From positions 1 to 39,303 of IMG/VR virus record IMGVR_UViG_3300020047_004329: a DNA stretch of 39,303 nucleotides. One strand, 5' to 3'. The notes beneath the pieces are model-generated. The model had not been told where the DNA came from, did not search any database, and worked only from the letters and a program-made list of their open reading frames with translations. Of the stretch, positions 34,115-39,303 are shown piece by piece. Both the position numbers and the translations under genes were made by a program. This stretch comes from a virus. The number at the start of each line of letters is the position of its first letter. Positions within the stretch are counted from its first letter, which is position 1.

Positions 34115-34281
34115 CCGAAAAAACCTGCACCCGCTGCGGCGACAAGTGGCCGCGAGACACCGAGTTTTTCCGCAAAGAGACACGCGGAGCCGGGTATTAC
34201 CTGCCCTGGTGCCGCGCCTGCGAAGCGCAGCAAAAGCGCGAGAAACGGGCGCAGCAGGCGCAGGAAATGGCGGCGGCATGA
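34111..34281 (+). CDS. small Cys4 zinc-ribbon-like protein
   Basis: Start trimmed to the ATG at 34111 (ATGA overlap). 56 aa with CTRC...CRAC. Confidence 0.45.
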   Translation: MTEKTCTRCGDKWPRDTEFFRKETRGAGYYLPWCRACEAQQKREKRAQQAQEMAAA

Positions 34282-34436
34282 CCCTAACCGAACGCATATC
34301 AGCCCGCGTTCAAGCCTGGCGCGACATCGGCCAGCACGAACACGCGGAAGCACTGCGGCGCAGCATGTGGCAGTTGCTGGGGCAATACATCAAGGGCGCA
34401 AATGACGAAAGCCGAAATCATCGCGGAGTTGCGTAG
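34278..34436 (+). CDS. hypothetical protein
   Basis: Start trimmed to the ATG at 34278 (ATGA overlap). 52 aa. Confidence 0.35.
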   Translation: MTLTERISARVQAWRDIGQHEHAEALRRSMWQLLGQYIKGANDESRNHRGVA

Positions 34437-34593
34437 GAGTGCGGTGGAGGATGAAAGCCCATGGGTTTTGGTTGAAGAGGAGGCATTTTTGGCTTGTGTT
34501 CCGTGGAAACTGAAATCGCAATGGATGGCCGATTCTGGCGAAGATTTGCGCACATTCTTTCTTTTAGTCGCCTGCGCACTGGAGAGCGAATGA
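34402..34593 (+). CDS. hypothetical protein
   Basis: 63-aa ORF, ATGA-coupled to the VRR-NUC gene. Confidence 0.45.
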   Translation: MTKAEIIAELRRSAVEDESPWVLVEEEAFLACVPWKLKSQWMADSGEDLRTFFLLVACALESE

Positions 34594-34874
34594 GGCGTGC
34601 CGCAAAGGTCGATTCCAACCAGGGTGAGATTGTGGAAGCACTACGCGCTGCCGGTGTCAGCGTTCAATCTCTGGCAACCATCGGCAAGGGATGCCCCGAC
34701 ATTCTCGCGTCAAGGGAGCCGGATATGTGGCTGATCGAGATCAAGGGCGCAAAGGGAAAACTTACGCCGGATCAAGTGGCATGGATTCACGGCTGGCGCG
34801 GTGTCGTGCATATCGTGCGCGGCGTTGACGATGCGTTAGAGCTGGTGGGGGTTTCTCAGGTGCGCGATTTATGA
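34590..34874 (+). CDS. VRR-NUC domain nuclease
   Basis: Start trimmed to the ATG at 34590. 94 aa. The GCPDIL...WLIEIKGAKGKLTPDQ..W motif fits the PD-(D/E)xK VRR-NUC family, a usual partner of phage SNF2 helicases. Confidence 0.75.
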   Translation: MRRAAKVDSNQGEIVEALRAAGVSVQSLATIGKGCPDILASREPDMWLIEIKGAKGKLTPDQVAWIHGWRGVVHIVRGVDDALELVGVSQVRDL

Positions 34875-35239
34875 AACAAACCTACATCCTTGCACACCCA
34901 ATCGCACGCCAAAGGGCCATAGATGCCGTTAAACAAGCTCCAGACGGGTTTGTGATTACTGTGGCTGAGGCTACAAGGAATTTGGAGCAAAACGCAGCCC
35001 TATGGGCAATCCTGCACGAAATCAGCGAAGGCGTCGATTGGCATGGCCGCAAGCTGTCGCCTACCGATTGGAAAAACGTGTTTACAGCGTCACTGCGCCG
35101 GATGGATGTCGTGCCGAATCTGGAGGGCACCGGGTTTGTGGCGCTGGGGCAATCTACCAGCAGCATGGGCAAGCGCGAGTTTTCGGATTTGCTGGAGCTG
35201 GCGAATGCCTTCGCGGCGGAGCGCCTAGTAACGAGTTAG
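34871..35239 (+). CDS. ninB: NinB/Orf recombination mediator
   Basis: 122 aa and collinear with lambda NinB as remembered (RNLEQNAALWAILHEIS..VDWHGRKLS..DWKNVFTA.L....VVPNLEGTGFVALGQSTS.M...EF..LLEL). Confidence 0.8.
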   Translation: MKQTYILAHPIARQRAIDAVKQAPDGFVITVAEATRNLEQNAALWAILHEISEGVDWHGRKLSPTDWKNVFTASLRRMDVVPNLEGTGFVALGQSTSSMGKREFSDLLELANAFAAERLVTS

Positions 35240-35280
35240 GGCTAATCCGTGCGGCCATTTGCGCGGAAACAGGAGAAAAC

Positions 35281-35553
35281 ATGGAAACATTTACACAGCC
35301 AAAAATCACGGGCTATCGGCAACTGAGCGAGGCCGAAGTGGCGCTGATGAACGAGGGTAAGGCACTGGCCGAGGCATGCGGCGCTTACGTCGCCAAACTG
35401 CGCACGCATCCAGCCGCAAAGCCGGACCAAGCGCCTACTGAGGGTTACGCGCTGCCACCGCTTGACCAGCGATGGATCAGCATCGGCGCGACCGACCTGC
35501 AGCGCGGGTTTATGTGCGTCATTCGTGGCATTGCGCGGCCAACGACGTTCTAA
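35281..35553 (+). CDS. conserved phage hypothetical protein
   Basis: Start trimmed to the ATG at 35281 (SD aggaga). 90 aa with a PKITGYRQLSEAEVALMNE...DQRW.SIG.T.LQ.GFM motif. Confidence 0.5.
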   Translation: METFTQPKITGYRQLSEAEVALMNEGKALAEACGAYVAKLRTHPAAKPDQAPTEGYALPPLDQRWISIGATDLQRGFMCVIRGIARPTTF

Positions 35554-35563
35554 AAGGATGGTC

Positions 35564-35755
35564 ATGAAAAAACAGAGCTGGTTTACTTCGGTCGAGTTGC
35601 TGGTGTTGGTAATCATCTTGGGCTGCATTGGCGGCTGGATCGCAAACGTCGTTAAGTTGGTCGGCCTACTTGGTGGCGACATTACGGCCATGTTTGTGGC
35701 TCGGGTTGTCGGCGTGTTTGCGGCACCACTAGGCGCGGTTCTCGGGTTCGTGTGA
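35564..35755 (+). CDS. small membrane protein
   Basis: Start at the ATG at 35564 (SD aagga 5 nt upstream). 63 aa with two hydrophobic segments. Confidence 0.5.
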   Translation: MKKQSWFTSVELLVLVIILGCIGGWIANVVKLVGLLGGDITAMFVARVVGVFAAPLGAVLGFV

Positions 35756-36045
35756 GCAAGATCACGGCAAGCGCAAACGGCGAAGACTGCCAGGTGCGGA
35801 TTGTTGGCGTGTGCACATTCGACCCTGCCAAAACCATATGGAGCCATGCGCGGCACGGTTCGGCAGGTAAGGGCAAGAGCATCAAGGCGCTAGACATTGC
35901 TGGCGCGTATGCCTGCACGGCATGCGATGCCGCCTATGACCAACTACAGGGGGTCGGGCATATGACGCGGCAGGAAGTCGATTTAGATTGGTTCCACGGC
36001 CATCTAAGGTCGCTGGTGATATTGGCTAACAAGGGGTTGATATGA
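35752..36045 (+). CDS. YbcO/DUF1364-like protein
   Basis: 97 aa with a GTG start (GTGA overlap). The GEDCQVRI.GVC..DP..T.W.H...G.GK..K..D......C..C pattern resembles lambdoid YbcO-family proteins. Confidence 0.55.
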   Translation: MSKITASANGEDCQVRIVGVCTFDPAKTIWSHARHGSAGKGKSIKALDIAGAYACTACDAAYDQLQGVGHMTRQEVDLDWFHGHLRSLVILANKGLI

Positions 36046-36587
36046 GCGATGAGACTTGGAAGCAGCTTCCGGGGTATGGCGGGCACTACGACGTTTCCGA
36101 CATGGGGCGCGTAAGGGTAAGGGACCGGCATGTAGAAAGAAAGCACCCAACCGGCATGATTGTTAAGTTCTTTTACCCTGGCCGACTTTTGCAGCCATGC
36201 GCATCAGGCAGGTACGGGCACCAATCCGTTCACGTTGGGGTCGGTGGAAAGCGGTACAGCTTGGCTGTGCATTGGATGGTACTGGTTACGTTTGTAGGGC
36301 CGCGCCCGGAAGGCATGGAGGCATGTCACGGGAACGGCAATGCGTCGGACAACAGGCTTCAAAACTTGCGATGGGATACGCATTTCGAGAACAACCAAGA
36401 CAGAAAGCGTCACGGACGTTATGCAACTGGCGCAAAGCATGTCATGGCAAAACTGACCGACGAAACCGTGCGGGAGATCAAGCAATCTAGCATGAATGGA
36501 CTGCAAGTGGCGCAGCGTTACGGCATCGGAACCAGCACGGCTCACAGGATATTGACTGGCAAGTCTTGGGCGCATGTCTCCGCTTAA
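36042..36587 (+). CDS. HNH homing endonuclease (NUMOD4 + HNH), second copy
   Basis: 181 aa with WKQLPGYGGHYDVSDMG (NUMOD4) and HWMVLVTF...CHGNGNASDNRLQNLRW (HNH). Same architecture as 8893-9414. Confidence 0.85.
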   Translation: MSDETWKQLPGYGGHYDVSDMGRVRVRDRHVERKHPTGMIVKFFYPGRLLQPCASGRYGHQSVHVGVGGKRYSLAVHWMVLVTFVGPRPEGMEACHGNGNASDNRLQNLRWDTHFENNQDRKRHGRYATGAKHVMAKLTDETVREIKQSSMNGLQVAQRYGIGTSTAHRILTGKSWAHVSA

Positions 36588-36648
36588 CGATTTTCGAGCG
36601 CCCGTTTACGCAGGCGGTTTTGTTGGATGACGCATTGAAGGGGCTAAT

Positions 36649-37029
36649 TTGATCGACCTCCACCACATAGACGCCCGACACGACTCGGTAAACATTCGCC
36701 TGGAATCGTGGGCAAGGTGGGTGCAAGTCAGGCCACAGCCCTGGAAGATGCAGCCCATGTTTCGCCTCTACAAAGCACCGCCACAGTGGGAGCCACGTGA
36801 ACTGAAGGTGGAGGCGAACCCCATTGAAGCCATGGAAATCGAGCGCATCGTTTCGCACTTGCCAGAAAAGCACCGGCACGCACTGCGCTGGTTTTATGTG
36901 TACCCGTACATCAGCGACTCGCGCATTCGCAGGGAGTTAGGCGAAACGCGGGCGGGGTTGGTGGATTTGCTGCACAAGAGCAGGTCTATGGTTGTCAATC
37001 GGTTGCGGGAAAAGATAAGGAGCGAGTGA
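36649..37029 (+). CDS. late-gene antiterminator, Q-like
   Basis: 126 aa with a TTG start. The LESWARWV motif and its position just upstream of a promoter-plus-terminator unit and the terminase genes fit the phage antitermination Q family. Confidence 0.6.
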   Translation: MIDLHHIDARHDSVNIRLESWARWVQVRPQPWKMQPMFRLYKAPPQWEPRELKVEANPIEAMEIERIVSHLPEKHRHALRWFYVYPYISDSRIRRELGETRAGLVDLLHKSRSMVVNRLREKIRSE

Positions 37030-37298
37030 TGTTTTTTCACAAGAAGTCGGACATTGAAGGATTGCAGGAAGAGATAAAGGCATTAAAGGCGCGACTGTGG
37101 GCGCTGGAAGATGCCACAGCAGTTTATGAGGCCCCTTCTCGTTTCTCATTTGTTGGGTGCAAGCAAATAAAGATAAATGCCGCCATCAATGCTATGTTGC
37201 GGAACATGGGACTTCAGCTTAAATCAGTGCCGGCAACACATGAATATGTCACTGCCGAACTGATGCCGGTAAATAATGACTTGCACACATCGGAGTAA
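37026..37298 (+). CDS. hypothetical protein (AT-richer insert)
   Basis: 90-aa ORF with an ATGA overlap to Q. The late promoter -35 lies in its last codons. Confidence 0.5.
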   Translation: MMFFHKKSDIEGLQEEIKALKARLWALEDATAVYEAPSRFSFVGCKQIKINAAINAMLRNMGLQLKSVPATHEYVTAELMPVNNDLHTSE

Positions 37299-37309
37299 TG
37301 TGTTATTGT
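37281..37309 (+). promoter_or_regulatory. late promoter (PR'-like)
   Basis: TTGCAC (37281-37286), 17 nt, TATTGT (37304-37309). About 50-70 nt downstream is a strong terminator, mirroring the lambda PR'-tR' (6S RNA) unit acted on by Q. Confidence 0.5.
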
Positions 37310-37362
37310 GCGCGGGTCAATAGACGTTTATCCACGCTTTGCGGCGGCGGAACTGTCAGTAA

Positions 37363-37388
37363 AGCCAGGCAAGTCGCTGGCTTTTTTC
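37363..37388 (+). terminator. intrinsic terminator (tR'-like)
   Basis: The agccag-gcaagtcg-ctggct hairpin is followed by TTTTT. Confidence 0.65.
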
Positions 37389-37394
37389 GTTTCT

Positions 37395-37500
37395 GCATCA
37401 GTAGCTCAGTGGCAGAGCAGTCCCCGCCCCGAGTAGCTGGTTTCCAGCGCGGCCAGCGATGCGGTATTGGCCGCTGGTTCGAGTCCAGCCTGATGCACCA
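37395..37500 (+). tRNA. tRNA-shaped gene without a canonical anticodon arm (106 nt, encoded CCA)
   Basis: Perfect 7-bp acceptor stem (GCATCAG/CTGATGC). D arm GCTC-AGTGGCA-GAGC. T arm GCTGG-TTCGAGT-CCAGC. Discriminator A plus CCA. The 53 nt between the D and T arms contain no 5-bp/7-nt anticodon hairpin in any register I tried. Confidence 0.55.
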
Positions 37501-37531
37501 TTTGCCCTCCTTGGTCGCTTCGGCGGTCTTC

Positions 37532-37564
37532 GCCCCTGCTTTGAGTAATCGGCAGGGGCTTTTT
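37532..37564 (+). terminator. second intrinsic terminator in late leader
   Basis: Perfect 8-bp stem gcccctgc/gcaggggc with a 12-nt loop, then TTTTT. Confidence 0.6.
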
Positions 37565-37596
37565 CATTTGGCGAACAATCCCCGAAAGGAATTCGC

Positions 37597-37914
37597 ATGG
37601 CTAACTCAACAGCGTTTAAGAAAGGCGAGAAAAAGCCGAACCAGGGCAAGCGCGGACCCGGCAAAGTGACATTGCAAGCCCGTGAAGCTATCGCCAAGCT
37701 CGCAGACGGCAACGTCGATAGGTTGCAGGGCTGGCTAGACGATATCGCCGCTGATGACAAACAAGGGCCGGCGGTTGCCTTCAAGCTGTTCATGGATGTG
37801 CTGGAGTACCACGTTCCGAAGCTGGCCCGCACAGAACACACCGGCAAAGACGGCGACGTAATCCGCCATCAGGTGATTACGCGCACGATCATTGACCCCC
37901 GTGCTGAATCTTGA
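37597..37914 (+). CDS. terS: terminase small subunit
   Basis: 105 aa with a basic N-terminus (FKKGEKKPNQGKRGPG). Immediately upstream of and overlapping the large terminase gene. Confidence 0.6.
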   Translation: MANSTAFKKGEKKPNQGKRGPGKVTLQAREAIAKLADGNVDRLQGWLDDIAADDKQGPAVAFKLFMDVLEYHVPKLARTEHTGKDGDVIRHQVITRTIIDPRAES

Positions 37915-39196
37915 GACTCCGCGCATATTCGTACCGCTGCTAAAGCCATCAAGATACAAAGGCGTTGACGGCGGGCGCGGTTCCGGCAAGTCTCATTTCT
38001 TTGCGGAGAAGTTGATAGAGGACTGCATGGCAGAGCCGGGAGACTTTGGCGAGGGAATGCGCGCAGTCTGTATCCGCGAAGTACAAAAGGACTTGGCGCA
38101 GTCTTCCAAGGCGTTGATTGAGTCGAAGCTGAGTAAGTACGGGCTTGGCGAGGCTGACGGGTTCAAGGTGTTCAAGACTGAGATTGAAACGCCTGGCGAC
38201 GGCCTGATGATCTTCAAGGGCATGCAGGACTACACAGCAGACTCAATCAAGTCACTGGAAGGGTTCAAACGTGCTTGGTGGGAAGAGGCGCAAACGGCCA
38301 CGGCAATATCACTGAACATGCTACGCCCGACACTGCGGGCCGATGCTTCGGAGTTGTGGTTTAGCTGGAATCCCCGGCGCAAGACTGACGCGGTAGACGA
38401 AATGCTTCGCGGCGAGTCGCTGCCAACAGACGCAACAGTCATCCGGGCCAATTGGCGTGATAACCCGTGGTTTCCGTCAACCCTGGAGCAAGAGCGTTTA
38501 GATTGCCTGCGCATGCAGCCAGAGCAGTACGACCACATATGGGAGGGCGGTTATGCAACCGTTCTGTCTGGCGCTTACTATGCAAGGTCGATAGCTGACG
38601 CAACAACGCAAGGCCGAATAGGTCGCGTGTCTGCTGACCCGCTGATGACGCGGCAAGCGTTCTTTGACATCGGCGGGACTGGTGCAAAGGCTGACGCTGT
38701 AGCGATATGGGTCGCGCAGTTCATCGGCAAAGAGATACGCATTCTGGACTACTACGAAGCAGTCGGGCAACCGCTGGCGGTTCATCTGGAATGGCTTCGC
38801 TCACGCGGCCATGGATCGGCAAAGATCGTGCTACCGCACGACGGTGACACCAACGATAAGGTGTACGACGTAAGTTATGCGTCTGCATGCCGTGCTGCGC
38901 AGTTCAAGGTAGAAGTGATCCCGAACCAGGGCAAAGGCGCAGCAAAGGCGCGCATCGAAGCCGGGAGGCGTCTATTCCCCGCGTGCTGGTTTAACCAGGC
39001 CACAACGCAAGCGGGACTTGATGCGCTGGGCTGGTATCACGAAAAGAAGGACGACAAGCGAAACATTGGGCTTGGTCCTGAACACGATTGGGCAAGCCAC
39101 GGAAGTGATGCATTCGGCCTGATGTGTGTCGCATACGAAGAGCCTAAGGTAAAGAAACCACCGGCAGCACAAAGATCAACCTCTTGGATGGCCTGA
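37892..39196 (+). CDS. terL: terminase large subunit
   Basis: 434 aa with Walker A GGRGSGKS after RYKGVDGG, a downstream Walker B/nuclease region, and PBSX/P22-type layout. The start is TTG at 37892 or GTG at 37901. Confidence 0.9.
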   Translation: MTPVLNLETPRIFVPLLKPSRYKGVDGGRGSGKSHFFAEKLIEDCMAEPGDFGEGMRAVCIREVQKDLAQSSKALIESKLSKYGLGEADGFKVFKTEIETPGDGLMIFKGMQDYTADSIKSLEGFKRAWWEEAQTATAISLNMLRPTLRADASELWFSWNPRRKTDAVDEMLRGESLPTDATVIRANWRDNPWFPSTLEQERLDCLRMQPEQYDHIWEGGYATVLSGAYYARSIADATTQGRIGRVSADPLMTRQAFFDIGGTGAKADAVAIWVAQFIGKEIRILDYYEAVGQPLAVHLEWLRSRGHGSAKIVLPHDGDTNDKVYDVSYASACRAAQFKVEVIPNQGKGAAKARIEAGRRLFPACWFNQATTQAGLDALGWYHEKKDDKRNIGLGPEHDWASHGSDAFGLMCVAYEEPKVKKPPAAQRSTSWMA

Positions 39197-39303
39197 TGAA
39201 CAACATAAACGCTGTGAAGCGCCGCACAAATGGACGACACACTTAAGGAAGATTTGGAGGCGTTCAAGCTGGCGTCGGAGCATGAGTCAGACCAGCGCGC
39301 CAC
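39183..39303. repeat. terminal overlap copy (equals 1-121), includes duplicated portal start at 39230
   Basis: Verbatim repeat of the window start. Confidence 0.9.

Noticed and set aside
37298-37669. 123-aa ORF spanning the late leader.
   Set aside because: It runs through two intrinsic terminators and the tRNA-shaped gene, has no SD, and looks like a GC-rich chance ORF.

Overview
This window is a complete, circularly closed phage genome. The unique unit is 39,182 bp, and bases 1-121 recur at 39183-39303. It is GC-rich by eye and has a P22-like head module, podovirus-style tail and internal-virion genes, and a lambdoid regulatory layout.

Layout:
- Plus strand 48-19796: portal, three accessory genes (including an Asp-box beta-propeller and a Gp49-like gene), scaffold, an intron-split coat gene, glycosyltransferase, adaptor, an antisense HNH gene, tail fiber, virion/ejection proteins, spanin-like genes, GH108-type endolysin and a 3-TM holin.
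- Minus strand 29385 down to 19793: a leftward early operon of about 35 mostly tiny genes joined by ATGA/GTGA overlaps. It also holds a C5-methyltransferase, a hexapeptide-repeat gene, an ERF recombinase and a DEDD exonuclease.
- Plus strand 29600-37298: Cro/YdaS-like regulator, HTH proteins, SNF2 helicase-methyltransferase fusion, a replication-type gene with iterons, VRR-NUC, NinB, a YbcO/DUF1364-like gene, a second HNH gene and a Q-like antiterminator.
- Plus strand 37281-39196: late promoter and terminator, a tRNA-shaped gene, then small and large terminase.

I saw no integrase, CI-type repressor, reverse transcriptase, CRISPR array or rRNA.

Most interesting observations:
1. A 297-nt T4 td-like group I intron without an ORF splits the coat gene.
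2. Two diverged ~250-bp attP-like elements, each built around a tRNA-Gly 3' end, bracket a 1.1-kb cassette.
3. A tRNA-shaped gene with no anticodon arm sits between two terminators in the late leader.
4. A hexapeptide-repeat gene carries an in-frame amber codon.
5. Two loci need a -1 frame change to make sense.
6. Reused gene-junction cassettes link unrelated early genes.

All family assignments are from memory and by-eye motif reading. No searches were run.
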